From assembly GCA_001179505.1 (NCBI GenBank), contig CDMY01000282.1, positions 62,001-126,000 on the forward strand: a stretch of 64,000 bases of DNA, read 5' to 3'. The position numbers and the translations under genes were made by a program. Below, one piece after another: positions 23,709-37,700 of the stretch; the first letter of the stretch is position 1; each line of letters opens with the position of its first letter. This DNA is from Vitrella brassicaformis CCMP3155 (lineage: Eukaryota; Protista; Chromerida). The notes beneath the pieces are model-generated. The model had not been told where the DNA came from and made no database searches. It saw only the letters and a program-made list of their open reading frames with translations.

Positions 23709-26700
23709 CACACCCCTGTGTGGGCGACAAGGCAATACCCATGCGTGTGTTGTCTTCTCACTCATTATATACTCAGGTGAACAATGACGCGCTTCAGAAA
23801 ACGGTGGACGAGTACGTGACGGCGATAGCGGGGTGGAAGGAGTGCTGCGCCAAGCTGGAGAAGAACGGCGAGGAGATGATGGCCAAGGCCAACGCAGAGC
23901 TGCAGCGCGGCCAGACCATGCTCGACGACCTCGCGGAAAAACACAACACCGTCATGGTCAGAGATAGATAGACCACACACACACACACACACACAGTCAA
24001 GGACGTTCGTGACTCTCTTCTCTGTGTGTGTGTGTGTGTGTGTGCACAGAGGGAGTACAATCAGCTCAAGGCCGAGACTGACGCAACGGTCGAAACCGAG
24101 CGTGACAAGATCCGCACCGAGGCCACGGAGAAGATCCAAGAGCTGACTGAGTTGTTCAAGAACCAACTCGTCCAGAGAAATGAGGTCCACCCACCACGCC
24201 ATACATACAACACACATACCGACACTCCCTGCCTGCCTGTGCGTCGCGTCGCTTGCTCATCTCATCTGCCCCCTCCTTTCTCTCTGTCTGCAGACAATTG
24301 CCCACTGGCAATCGGTTTCTCGTGAGCGTGAGGAGCAGCTGACGGCCGTCACCCAGCAGCTCGACACAGCGCGTCAGGAGCAGCAGCAGCTCCGCAGCAG
24401 TCTGCAGGCGTACGAGTCGACCATCGAGCAGACCAAGGCCCGCGAGTGCCAGTTACTGCAGGAGATGCACCAGATCCAGGAGACGCAGCGCACACACGAT
24501 GCCTCCTTCGAGTCATTCCAGCGGAAAGAGGACGAGTTGCAGCGCCAGCTGCAGACAAACAAGGCCGAGATGCAGCGTCTCGAGAGCCTCTGCGAGCAGC
24601 AGAAGGTGGAGATCGTCCAGTACCAGGCCCAGATTGACGCCTACCGCCAGGAGCACGACCGCCAGAAGGGCGAATGGGAGGCGGCCGTGGAGAGCCACGC
24701 AGCCGAGGTGCGGTCATTGCAGCGGGCGGTAGAAGACAAGGAGCAGCAGTGGCGTGAGACCATGCAGGGCGACATCGACAGCCGCACACGGTCCTTTGAG
24801 GACCAGCTCACCGCCCTCCACCAGGAACTGGCAGCGTCTCGCGAGCTCACCGAGGCCAAACAGAAGCAGGTTGGTGCGTGGGGAGGGAGGGTGGAGCGGG
24901 GCGGGCCTTCCTAGGCAGGCGGTGAGGTGAGAGAGGAGAGTGAGGTAGCTGAGCTGGTAGATAGGTAGCTAGCGCCTCTTTACCAATTTCTCGAGGCAGC
25001 CAACCCTCAGGGATCAAATGGCCCGAGGCGCAGACAGACGTTGAGTTGAGCGGGCCCCTGTCTTCCCGAGCGGGGCTGGATGCTTTGCGAGGCACACGCC
25101 CCTGTCGGATGTTCATGAGGGTCACATCACACCCAGACAGACAGACAGACAGACAGGACAGGCGGCCATGCTTGCTGCACGGATCCATCTCCCCCTGATA
25201 TATCTGTGTCATTGTGTTTATCTACCCCTCTCTCTCTGTGCCTGATGTTTCTGATGTGTCTGGTGTGTGTGTGCAGTTGGAGGAAGCCCACACGGCCATG
25301 CAGCTCCGTGAGGGCGAGGCCACCGCTCTGCTCCAGGAGACCGAGAAGCGGATGCAGGCCGCCAACGACGAGCTGTCCGAAGCCCTCAACGCACAGATGT
25401 CCTTAGCGCAGTACTACCGTGAGTTGGCCGACAGCGAGCTGCCAGCCGTCAAGGACGACAGGGAGGCAATCAAACGGCGACTCGCCAACCTCACTGGTGG
25501 GTGAGGTGCATGGGCACCCACATACCATCCATCCCCTGGTTGGTTGGTCCGTCTTCAAATCTGTGGTGCTTGCGTGTCCGTGTGTCCGCTCGATGGATCG
25601 ATCAGCTGCCGTGACAGAGTTCATCAACGGGACGGGCCTCTCCATCCTCCCGTCCGGCCACGCCGCCACCCAACCGTCCCCCGCGTCGACCAAGACCAAG
25701 ACCACCGAGACGGCTCCCTCATTCGACACGCCACCCGCTCCATCATCCAGCAGCGCGCCGTCATCTGCGTCACGCCGTGACGTCGCCGAACTGTTCGGTG
25801 GCGGCGGCGATGCGGACAGCCATGGCTTCGACGGCGGCGACAGCGGCTGGGACATCGGCTTCGACCCCACCCCATCGCCCCCACCGCCAGGGCTGGAGCA
25901 GCCACCAGTGGCCGGCGGCGCGCCGCAGGCCACCGAGGGGCTGACGGACGAGCACCTTATTGCAGAGCTCAAGAAGGTGGGCGGGGCGGGGTGGGGCGTG
26001 AAGCGCGGAAGACCCTATATGGCGAGTCATTGTTCTCTCTGTGTGTGTGTGCTTTGGTGTCGGTCAGGTGCTTTCGCATTATCTGGAGGTCACTGCTGCT
26101 TCGAAGGTGAGAGGGGTGGCTAGTCGGAGTGGGCAGTTCAGCAGTGAGGGCGGCAGGGAGAGAGGGGGGGAGGCTCTGATGAAGGATTTCTATCCCAAAA
26201 CCTTTTAACTCTGCTGAATCTATCATTGTTGACCTCTTTGCAATAACCTGAGCCTAGCCGCTGCATGCAGTCTTGTGCTACTTGTGTGACTCTGTGTGTG
26301 TGTGTGTGTGCCGATTCCTCAATTGTCCTGCTGTGTGTGGCTCTATTGTGCAGGATGCCCAGCAGCTGGCAGAGCAGGCGCAGACACAAGGGCAGCGTGA
26401 GCAGCTGGTGAGTGATCCGATCCACAACACCACCCTTCGTCAAGCAGATCAGTGTGTGTCTGTCTTTTTCCTTTCTCTCTCTCTGTGTGTATGTTTCAGG
26501 AGCTTATCGAGGCAATGCGGCAGGACATCGTGGCCAAGGAGCAGCAGCTCGCCACCCTCGGCTCTGAGCTAGAGGCCGCACGAGACAGGGAGGCCTCCCT
26601 CAGACAGGACCTCCACAACCGCATACAGGTGCTCCCTCCCGCCAAACCCCACCCTTCCCCACCTCATCTTGAGTGTGTGTTTGCACCACCACGTTGTCAT

Positions 26701-28974
26701 GTCATGTGCAGAGTCTGGAGAGTGAGCACCGGGAGAACGGCGACCTGCGCGCGCAGCTGGAGATGGTGCGGCAGCACTACGACGAGCTGCACGCCAAGGC
26801 GTCGCAGCTGGACGGCGTGGACGCGACGGTGCGGCAGCTGCGGGAGGAGCTGCACACCAAGGAGGGCGAGATAGAGATACTCAAGAATGTGGACGAGGAC
26901 ATGCGCCGGCAGATCGCTGACAACCTCTCGCGCGTTGTGGTATGTATGCATGTGACGGACTGACTGACTGACAACCTCTCTCGGCGGTGGAGCGGTAGTG
27001 GATGAATGTATGTGTTTGTGGGTCTGTCTGCCTTTGTCATGTCAGGAGTTTGAGCGGCTCGAGGCAGAGAACCGGGCCCAGAAGGAGCGACTCGTACGCA
27101 ACGACAGACAGATAGACAGACACCCAGGCAGACAGACAGACGGACTCATCCATCCATCCATCCATGTGTGTGTGTGTGTGTGTGCGTTTGTCAGGACTAC
27201 CTCGAGTCCCGAGCGTTTGACGAGGGCCGTTTCAGCGACGACCTGCAGGCCAAGGACCAGCGCATCACGGCCCTCACCAACGAGCTGCAGAAACTGAGGG
27301 ACGACGAGGCCATGCACAGAGAGGAGACGCAGGGGCGACTCAACCAACTCCAGGTAGGTGTGTGGGGTGGGGGCTGATTGATGGAAGCTGGACACAGGAA
27401 TGAATGGCTCCAGCTTAACGATTTCTCTCTCTCTGTTGTCTTTGTCTGTGTCTGTGTGCAGAAAGAGTTGTCCGAGTCCATCACCAACTGCACTCGGCTG
27501 CAGGAGGAGAACAACCGCATCCGGCTGGACCTAGAGAGGACGCAACACGACCTCGCCACCAGCCACGAGAACATGGCCACGGGAGTCGAAGACGTTGACA
27601 AAATGCACGCAGCCCTCGTGGTCAGAGAGTGACGGAGGGAGGGAGAGAGGACCACAGATGCTTGGGTGGATCGCCATGTCATGTTCTGCCTGCGTGTGCA
27701 GGAGGAGAACGGTCGGCTGCTGCGTGAGGTGGACATTCACAAGGAGGCGGCGGACGAGGCCGCACAAAAAGTCGACGTCCTCCAAACCGAATGCGCCACC
27801 CTCAAGGAGGAGCTCGACAAGTGAGAGAAGCGCACACGCACACACACAGCACCTCTGATGTCCGTTGATCGACCGACCACAATTATCCGTGTGTGTGCAT
27901 GCCTGCCTGCAGGTCTCGAGAGCGCGAAGCGGCCATCGTTGAGCTGCAGGCGGCTGTGTCGGAGAAGGACACGCAGATGGTAGAGATGAAGAAGGAGCTG
28001 GCGTACTTCCAGAAGCAGCTGCAAGACGCAGCCTTCCACCCGCCCCTCCCGCCACCTCCCCAGTCCGGCACGCGACACCCTTCCCTCCCGCCCGTCACAG
28101 AGCTGCCCCACTATGGGCCGCCGCAGGAGCTCATGACCGACGGAAGCCCACGAGCGGCACCCATTTCTCGTAAGGAAACAACTACCACTGGCGGGAATCG
28201 TCGTGTCACTTTTGTGTGTGTGTGCGTGTGTGTGCGTGTGCAGATGACGTCCGTGTGTTGCAAGAACGGCTCAAATACGCTAACGAAGAAAAAGCACAGG
28301 TCAGTATCAGATGCAGCAAAGAAACGAGTGTCCCTCCCTCCCTCTCGCTGCCGGCAGCCGGCAGTTTTTATTTCGCATGCATCTCTCTGTATGTTGCCTG
28401 CCTGTGATCTGTCTGCAGATAGCCAAGGCCCTCCAGGAGGCGCTGGACAGCGTTTCGGCCGAGAACCAAGGACTGCGGCAGGAGAACAACACTTTGAAAC
28501 AAATGGTACGTACGGATGCAGCCAGCCACACACGGACGGGTACACGACACCCCACCCCCATGGAACCCCCGCGCAACAAATCCTGCGTCTCCTTCCTTGG
28601 TTGGTTGGTTCATTCAGTTGGGTGCTGCCCCTGGTGCTACCAGCGCCAGCTCATCTCAGCCGCTGCCCGAGCGGTACCCTGTCATCAGCACCGACGCCCT
28701 CCCCACCCACCTCGCCACGCCCCCAAGGCACATGCCATACACAGCGCAGTCGTCATCCAGCGATCCAGGAGCCAGGGGCGTGCCGTCGCCACCCCCATCA
28801 GAGGGGGACGATACTGTCGAGACGGTCCCGTTGACGCCACTGGGTGGATCACCGAGGGCGGGTGCGGGTGCGGCGCCTCCAAAGAGCAGTGGGTGGTCGT
28901 TCTTCAGCCTCTTCCTGACGGAGAGCGACGAGCGGGCCATTGAGAGGGAGAGGGCACGCAACCTAGAACTCTAG
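19099..28974 (+). CDS. Very large protein with a Pro/Ser-rich disordered N-half and a long coiled-coil C-half (golgin/tether-like); many exons
   Basis: A 2-kb low-complexity exon (about 20100-22050) followed by heptad-rich E/Q/L/R exons (QLEKELERVKAEYQALL, EREEQLTAVTQQLDTARQ, etc.). Ends KSSGWSFFSLFLTESDERAIERERARNLEL*. It could be two genes. Confidence 0.7.
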
Positions 28975-29255
28975 CCGAGCCATGCATCTCATCGACAGGG
29001 GCGGGAGGGTGACCTGTGGTGGGGCGGGGTGTGGTGTGCTTTGTCTCTCTCGCCTTTCCTACGTACGTATTGCCTGCGTCTAGCTAGTACTAGCTAGTGT
29101 GGAGGAATTCAATGTGTGCATTCAAAAATGTATCAGATTGTGTGTGGGTGTCGTTGGCTATGCCCGGCCTGCATCGCATCCATCGCACATATCGTGTGGG
29201 AACTGACTGACTCGTCATGTCATGGTCGGTCGCTGTGACGTTCGGTGTTGGTCCT

Positions 29256-30115
29256 TCAATCGACAACCAACTGAGTGAGTCTCTGCGAGTGTTTGCCATT
29301 CATCCATCCATTCATCATTCCATCCATTCATCCATTCGTCCATCAAACTTGCTCTCTCTGTTTTGTTTGCTCTCTGTGTGCTCTTCACGCGTTCTTGAAG
29401 TACTTGTTGGGCCAGCAGCCGGGATTGCCATTGACGAAGCCACAGGAGCACCCCTCCATGCAAGTGGCGCCGGGAGAGAACTCCTTGTTCTTTTTTGATG
29501 GAGGGATAGAGAAAGAAAGTCTTACAAGATTCTGAGATGCATGCGTGTGTCCGCGTTGTACCTACCGGCCCAACCACTTCGGAAGCAGCTGCTGACGAAT
29601 GCGGGTGGGTCTAGCGTACGGCCGCACTCGGTGCCCGGCAGGCTCTCGTAGTCGATGGGCACCTTGACGTCGTACCCTGTGTAGTCAATCGTGTCCACCC
29701 CTGGTTTGAAATGTCAACCAATCACAGCATGCACACACGGTGTCTCCCTCCCTCCCTCCGTGTGCAGGCGGATCATTCATACGTATACCGGGCATGGTCT
29801 TGCGAGCGGACTGCGGCAGCGCTGATGCAGCCTCGGGAACGACGGGCAGCTGCTGCGGCGCCTGCCTGGCCACCGGTGGGGGAGGTGCCTTCCTCTTGCT
29901 TGATCGCCCCACGCCGCCTCTTGTGAAGGTCACGCTAGGCAACGGTCCCTCAGTGGGTGCCGGCTGGCACAGCACCTGTGGCAATGGAAGCACCTCGGAT
30001 GGCAGGCACAACCTGAGACGCCTGACTGACTTCCTATTGAGTCTTGTACCTCTATGGTGCCGCACGAGAGAAGGCAGGCCGCAAAGAGAACCAAGGCGGC
30101 AACAGAGGGGGCCAT
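29256..30115 (-). CDS. Putative small secreted Cys-rich protein; splice model uncertain
   Basis: Signal-like MAPSVAALVLFAACLLSCGTIE at 30115. Downstream exons read GVDTIDYTGYDVKVPIDYESLPGTECGRTLDPPAFVSSCF and KEFSPGATCMEGCSCGFVNGNPGCWPNKYFKN. Joining them needs weak splice sites. Confidence 0.4.
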
Positions 30116-30230
30116 CTTCCCTCGGAGTTTCTCAGACCTATGGTACTACACAGTTCTCAAACTGCACTGGGGCTCTGTGATCTAAGTAGCTCGCAAAACT
30201 TTTTTCTCGCCGACCGATGCAATAGGACCG

Positions 30231-33200
30231 ATGGATGAGCCTCAAGGCGACACGGCATCGAAATGCCTCGCAAATCGCGTGCTCTGTCTCGAGCAGATGC
30301 GGCAGGGAGTCAGGAAGGCGACGCAAGCCACCGAGGGAGCGGCGCCGGCGCAGCAGAGGGAGTTCCTGGTGGATTTGGAGGTCGGCAAGGACAATGCCGT
30401 GGAGGTATGTACGTCAGATACATGACGCCAGATCCATCGCTGACAGACAGATGTTGTTGTGACTTGTGTTGTTTGTGCATTCTCCTTTTCCCTCGTCTGC
30501 TTGCAGAGCTTCCCCATGGGTGAGGAGGACTTTCTGTTGCTTATCGGTCTGCTCAACTCCTCCGCCATCGCTCAAGCCAACCGGTCCTTCGGCAAGCTGG
30601 CGGCAAGGCTCGAGAGAGCCACGCTCGAAGGTGGGCCACGGCTGATACGGACAGCGTATACACGAGCCCTCCCTTCGCGCGTGTGTGTGTGTGTGTGTGT
30701 GGACTGGATTGTTTGTCCAGCCCTGGCCACACGCTTCTTGGCGGTGATGAAGCAGCAGGACATGCAGCTGTTCAGGGCCGTCCAACAAATGCATGACCAA
30801 GCCCAACAGCTCCAGCTTCTGCGGGACATCTCCAGCTGCCCATTCGCGCCCGCTCCGGACGGCTCTGGTGTGCCTCCACCAGAAGCCATTCATGCGGATG
30901 CCCCCAGATCATCTCGACGTGTTCCTGTCAGCCCGCGAGCATCCCCTGCTCAGCAGCATAATGCTGGAGTGCAGCCGGCGCCGGTGCACCAGCCGGCTCC
31001 TGTGCGACAGCCATCGCCACACGCGGCCACCAGAGTCCATGACACACCGGCTCGCGCAGCACCACCTGCTACTGCTACTGCTACTGTTCCTGCGGAGGAG
31101 TTTGCTGATGAGACGGTGGAGCGCATGGTGGAGCCACTCCATCCGCGTGGCCTTCCCCCGGATGTGACTGACGACGCCATACACAAAGTGGGGCTGGGCC
31201 GACAGCTGACGCCGCCAACGAGGTTCCCACCCAGGCCGCCAACCAGGGACGCGCAGACGATGCCGACGATGGCACAGACGGCGCCCGAAGAGCTGCCGCG
31301 GTCTGGCAGAGGGGAGGGGAGGGGACGAGGAGTGACGTCCGGGACCATTGGTGGTGGTGCTGATGGGCGGGGCAGAAGACGGGGGCATGCGGACCCATCG
31401 CAGGGCACGCTGCAGGGTCAGAAGATCAAAAGAGCGGATCCATGGCGTGTTGGTTGATGCGCAAGTCCGTTCCCCTCTCTCTCATTCGATCCGCAGGTGA
31501 GGATTTGACTCCCGCCGAGTTGTTGACGCAGGTGCTCCAGCAGAAGCGGCCCACCCAGGAGCCACCACACCCACCTGCGAAGGTGGCACCCTCAGCCCGT
31601 GAGCTCGGCGCGGAGCTGCTGCGGGATGCATTCAGCTACCTCGACAGCAAGACCTCCGCCACCCCTCCCTCTGGATCCCGCCCACCCAAACGCAGACCCT
31701 CCCCCAAGCCAAAGCCGCCCGCCTCCCCGCCCGTCTACCCAGTCATCCCAAGGGAGCCGGGCGATCCCCCATCGCCAAACTATCTCGACCTCTCTCATTT
31801 CCCACCCAAAGGACCGTCGGCAGGCTTCGGCAGCCGACCCCATGGGGGGATGCACCCCAAGCCCTTCGACGCCAGCTGTCCGCCGATGACTTATTTCTCG
31901 GTGCCGGTGCCGGCGGCGAAGGACGGCGGGGGTGTCGGGGAGAGGGCGGGTAGGGGTGGTGTGACAAGGAGCAAGGAGGAGGTGGATGGGGCGTTTGAGC
32001 GGCTAGCGAGGGAAGCAAAGGAGTACACAAAGAGAAGGAAGGTGGGTTTTTAGGGTTTAGGGGCTTTAGGGTTTAGGGTTTAGGGGCACACAGACAGATG
32101 GACAGCATGGGGGGCGCTTCTCCCTGTGTGGATGTGTGTAGGTGTATGACGAGCTCGGGCTCATGCTCCAAGACGCCTACATTCAGCAGGTCAGCCAGCC
32201 ACCAGGATGCAATGCGCATATGCATATCGATGTGTGATGCTTTCTTGCGTCTATATATGCATGGCCGCGGTGGGCAGACGTGTCCATTCCGGCCTCAGCT
32301 CGTGACCGCGCCAGAGAGCCGGAGCGTGTCGTTCAGAAGCGGTAGGTAGGAGCAACCAACCCCTCCCTCCCCCCTTCCCTCCACGCAGACAGACAGACAG
32401 ACAGACGTATGATTGACCTGATGTCGCTCCTGTGTTGTGTTGTGTGTGATCCATGCCCTGCAGGTCCTGTCCTGTCCGGTGCGCCTGCCAGTGATCGGCT
32501 GTACGGTTCACGTCTGCTTAGGCAGGAGAGAAGCAGGGTACGCTATGCACACACACCCTGAAATGGAATGGAACGGAGTGTGTCATTCATGCCGGTCGGT
32601 CGATCAGATGCTGGCAGCCCAGGAGTCGCAGAAGCACCCCTTCCACCCCGTCACACACTCGGCAAGGAGACCCCAGGTAACTAAGACGATGGATGATCGA
32701 TATGCCGGCCGCATCACCGGCATTTGCTATCTGTGGCTGGATTGATGGACGCAGGGCGACTCTGGGTCGACATTCGAGCGGCTTTACCGGGATCATCGGG
32801 AGCGGCGCGTCAGGAAACAGAGGAGGTGTCGGCAGCTCTTCACCGTGTACGAGCCAGAGTGCACCTTTCAACCCGACACTTCAAAAAGCAAAAGGTGAGT
32901 GAGTGAGTGGGTAAGGAAGTGACAATGCGACAACAAGACAACACAACCACCCTATCTCTATCTGACTCTGATTAACACATATTCCCCCCCTCTGCTGCTT
33001 GACCTTTGACCTGTCAGCTCCGTGCGCATGTCCCTGTCGGCCGACCGCTCCCCCCACCCCGGCAGCAGCAGCGGCACCGGCAGCGGCATCTACGTCCATG
33101 ATCTTGACCTCCTCACCTCCAGCCACCCCCTGTATGCGGCCCCCTGCTTCACGGGCCATGACGGCACCCTCTACGCGGCCTACACAACCACACCCACACC

Positions 33201-34437
33201 GCCGCCAGTCGGCATGACCGCTGCTGATGAGGCCGAGAAGTTGCCTCCCGCACCCCGTTCCCCTGCCCGTGTCCCAGCTGCTGGGCACACCGACGCACAC
33301 ACACACGCACACGGACATGCACACCCATCTGAGACCGACAAAAGGCCACCAGCAACAGGGAGGGAGGAGAGGATGAAAACCGCATCTGCTTCGGCCGGTC
33401 GGCCGGCGCGTAAGCGTGGTGACGGCGAGAGGGGTGGCGGCGGTGGCGGTGTGGACGAGGACAGCCGGGCGGCTGGTGGTGCCAGCAGGGGGTATCTGGA
33501 CGACCACCTGACCTTCTCCGTGGAGGAGAAGGCGCATGCACAGCGGGCAGAGAGGGGAGAAAGGGCTGGGGCCTGCTTCTCGTGGTCTCCTCCGTCTCCC
33601 CCGCACACAAGGTATGAAATATATTCCCGTGAGAGGCTCACTCAATAGCTCATGCATGCACACGTGCATCTATCTGGCCGGTTGGTTGGTTGCAGCACAT
33701 CCCCGTCGTGTGGGCTCGGTGGCAGTGTGTGTGGAAAGCCCCGGCCAAGAGGCGCTGGCACAGTCGACCCCGCACCGTCGCCACCAGCATCGAGTAGCCC
33801 AGAAAAGGTAAGGAAGCAACAGCGGCAGCAAGCAATGTCTGTCCATGTGCACGGCTTCCTTTCTTCATGCCTGTCTGTCTGTCTGTCTGTCTGTTGTGTG
33901 CATCAGGGGCCATCCGCCTTCTCCTCCCCCATCCTCTCCATGTCAACCACCCGCACACCGTTGCCATACGGCGTGTCGCCCTCCCACCGTCAGCATCACC
34001 AACAGCAGCAGCAGCAGCAGCAGCCGGCAATGGTTGCCTCGTCTGCTCATCGTGGCACGTGGGGCGGGACGGTAATGCGTGAGGGTGCGAGGATAGAGCA
34101 GCGTGCTGACACGTCGGATATGAGTGAAGAGGCAGCGCCGGCATGCAGGTGGGGGGAAGGACGGAGAGAGAGGAGAGTGTGTCATCTTCGCGGGCGTGTG
34201 TGTGTGTGTGTGTTCAGGAGCGCTTGTGGGCTGCCCATGGATTTGGTGGATATCGTCCGCACGCTCACTTGCCGGGTGAGAGAGAGAGTAGGCTCGTCAG
34301 TCGGAGCGCTCATTTTATCCGCGCCCGTGCTGATGGCTGGATGGATGTGTGGGTGCCGTGCAGACGTCCCCATCGCAAAGCGCCTCTTCCCTGACACATC
34401 TGCACAAGCCCGGCCGCAATTAGCTAGTCATGTATGA
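30231..34437 (+). CDS. Hypothetical Pro-rich protein with RLY / C-x-F-x-P repeats; multi-exon
   Basis: Exons MDEPQGDTASKC..., SFPMGEEDFLLL..., VYDELGLMLQDAYIQQ, TCPFRPQL, SDRLYGSRLL, KHPFHP and FERLYRDH...ECTFQPDT. 3' end is 34423 or 34437. Confidence 0.55.
32048..32086 (+). repeat. Interstitial telomere-type (TTTAGGG)n, about 5 imperfect units, inside an intron
   Basis: tttagggtttagggg-c-tttagggtttagggtttagggg, a few bases after the donor ...AAG|gtggg. Confidence 0.8.
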
Positions 34438-34724
34438 GATGAGATGAGATGTGCTGTGTGTGTGTGTGGGTGGGGGTGGGGGGAGGGGAAGGGGACAGCG
34501 ACCTATCGACATTGCTGTGTGTGTGTTGTCCATCCCCGGCCGGCTCTTCATTTGTTGAGTGACTCATGTGATGATGCACATACCTACCATACGTGTCTGT
34601 CTGTCGACGTGTGTGTAACATGATTACCGACAGATAAACAAACGGGATTGTCCCACACACAGAAAAAGACGCGCCGTCATGAACTGCCACGTCTCCCTCC
34701 CTCCCTTGCTAACACTCTCTCCAT

Positions 34725-37700
34725 TCATTCGTCCGGCAGCTGAGTGTGCCATTCACTGGACACGAACCGCCTGTATCTAGGCTTGTCTCGCATCAAGTCT
34801 TCATGCCTCCCAGCCGTCATCTCGCCGTTCCTGTCGAAGAACAACACATTGTCCGCCTTCTTGACCGTCTGACCACAGCACCCACACACAGACATAACAG
34901 ACATAAACGAACGACACACACAATCGTCCAGACCACCCACATGCTCACCTCCAGCCGATGTGTGATCATCAGCACTGTTGTGCTGTTCCGCCGCCTCAGC
35001 TCCTCAAGCGCGTCAGCCACCGCCCGCTCGCTCTCCGTGTCAAGAGAGGCCGTCGGCTCGTCCAGCACCAGCAGACAGGGGTCCCTCGACAGGGCCCTTG
35101 CAAGGGCCAGCCGCTGCTTCTGCCCCCCACTCAGGCGGCCGCCTCGCTCGCCGCACACGGTGGCGTATTGGTAGGGGAGTCTCTGGATGAACTCGTGTGC
35201 GTGGGCTGCCTTGGCGGCGCGGCGGACGTTGGCACTCGAGTCGGATGTCGATGCCGATGAGAGGCCGTAGCAGATGTTCTCGTGCACAGTGCTGCAGTGC
35301 AGTGCAGTGCATGGTGGCCATGCCATGACATGCATCATTGCAGACATTCGCAGACAGACAGACAGATCAATGGGATGGGCGGTTGTCTGTCTGTCTGTCT
35401 CTCTGTCTGGGTGGTGGTCTCACTCACCGATTGAAGACGGCGGCCTCCTGCTCGACATAGCCCACCTGCTGCCGCCACCAATGGACGTCCAGGTCCCCCA
35501 GCTCCTCACCGTCCACCATGATCGAGCCATTCTGCGGCTCGTAGAACCGCAGCAGGAAGGAGGCCAGTGTGCTCTTGCCCACGCCAGAGGGGCCAACAAG
35601 TGCCGTGAAGGACCCAGGAGGCAGCTCGAACGACACCCTGTCGATCGGCCCTGTGGCGGTGTCCTTGGCTGCGCCATTCACCTCGTTTGTCCTTCTGCCG
35701 GCGTTGGCAAGTGTGGCCGATTCCGCTGGGTATGCGAATGACACGTTGCAGTACTCGATGAGGGGCGGCTGTGTGAGGTGGGGGCGGAAGTTGTCGGCCA
35801 TTGCAACCGCGTCAGAAACACTGTCCTGGGCATCGCCGATGTTTGGTTTTCTGTCGACGAGCTCGAAGTACCTCTGGGAGGCCCGGCGAGAGGTGGCGAT
35901 CGATTGGTACATGTCGGCCAGCTTCTCGATGCCTGGTCAAATCGGCAGGCAATGAATCAATCGCACACGAATTGTGTGAGCCTGCTCTGTGGTTAGTGAC
36001 TTACCTTCAGAGAATCTGGCGCAGTAGCCGCGGAAAGCCACGTACCTGAACATAGATAGAAACAGCCAGCCAATATCGATTGCACTGCACAGGTCAGTCA
36101 GGCGCATCCATCGCATGCGCTTACCTCCCAATAGTGAGCTGGCCATGCACCGTCAGCCACATACCTGCAGCCCAGCCACAGACAGGTAGACAGACACATG
36201 AGACGACCGACACGCATGGACCGGATGTTGGCTCGCCGTCTGCCTGCGGGTTTCATCGATCGCATCGATGGCTGGCTGACCCAAGATGAAGATGGAGTAG
36301 TCTGTGATGTGGTAGAGCAGCCTCCTGCCGTAGCGCAGGAAGGTCTCCCAGTAGAGGGTCTTGTAGATGACACGCAGGAAACCGTCGATGGCACGACCAA
36401 ACAACTGCACGGCACGCAACCGCAGAGACTCACGTGTACGTCTATATCTGTGTGTGGTGTGGTATCTGCCGGCTTGCGCCCGTGTGGCTGGCTGGCTTCC
36501 TGACCTTCTTCTCGGTGGCTTCGCCGCCATTGGCCTGCACCGTGGGAATGGTCGAGAGCGCCTCATTGGCGACGGCCGAGCAGTGGGCCATGGCATCGTT
36601 CTGCTGCAGGCCATACTGGCCAACCTGCCTCGACGCGCGCCGCACCAGCACTACCAGCCTGACACACACGCAGACAGACACAGACCACAACGCCTTAATT
36701 GTCCGGTCCGTCGTGCCATCCATGTTGGCTGTCGGTCTTACTTACAGGGGCATTTCCAGCAAGGCAACACACGCCATCCGCCAGTCTGTTCTGAAGGTGA
36801 AGTACAGGCCGAGGATCGTGTTGAGAAAACCAGCAAGGACCTGCATGGGATGGAGGCAATCCACACACACAGGCGATGCGATGGAGAGAGGGAGGGCACC
36901 CGCCGATGGCTGCCATCGGCTGTGTCGGTCTCGTACATTCTCAGGCCCTTCGCTGAAGATCTTTTGCATTTCATCGGGATCCTGAGAGAGAGGCGCCAAG
37001 AAGGAAATCGATCACAAGCCCATTTACGAGCGACGCCCCCTCTCGCTCTTCTCGTTTGCTTACGTACCTTCACAAGCCGCGAATTAAGCGTCCCGACAGA
37101 GTGCGTCTTGAAGAAACTGACAAGACATCAGATCGATAAGATAACCCACGCGCAACCGCAACAGTCAGTCGATCGGTATTGTCTCTCCAGGGACGTCTGT
37201 CTGTGGGCTAGGCTACTCACGTACCCCTGTTCCTGCCTAATTAAATTCCCAAACAGCTCCAGCCTCAGCCGTGCGCTCATGCGCCACTTGGCTAAGGCAA
37301 ACAGAACACCCACAGCCACGTTCGAGCTGTACTCAAACAGACGCAGCCCAGCCAGCTTCAGAAACAAGGTCCGCAGGGGGGCAAAGGGGCCGAGGGCGAG
37401 GCTCATTTGGCCCGATGACGTTGTGATTGCTGCGGCGGCCACGTCCATGATTCGGCCGTAGACGTGTGCGCGGGCGAATGCGGAGAGGCTGACGCAGAGT
37501 GAGAGGACGAGGGCCGCTATCACCAGGCCCGGCTCTGCCTTATCCCACAGTTCACTCATCAACCTGAGACACACATACACACAGACAGGCAGATTGACGG
37601 CGCACAACCACACATGAGTGCTTTGCGCACCTCTTGACCGTGACGGTCGCATCGGCCGGCTTCTCTTTGACCCCTGTCGCCGACTGCAACATCTGATCCT

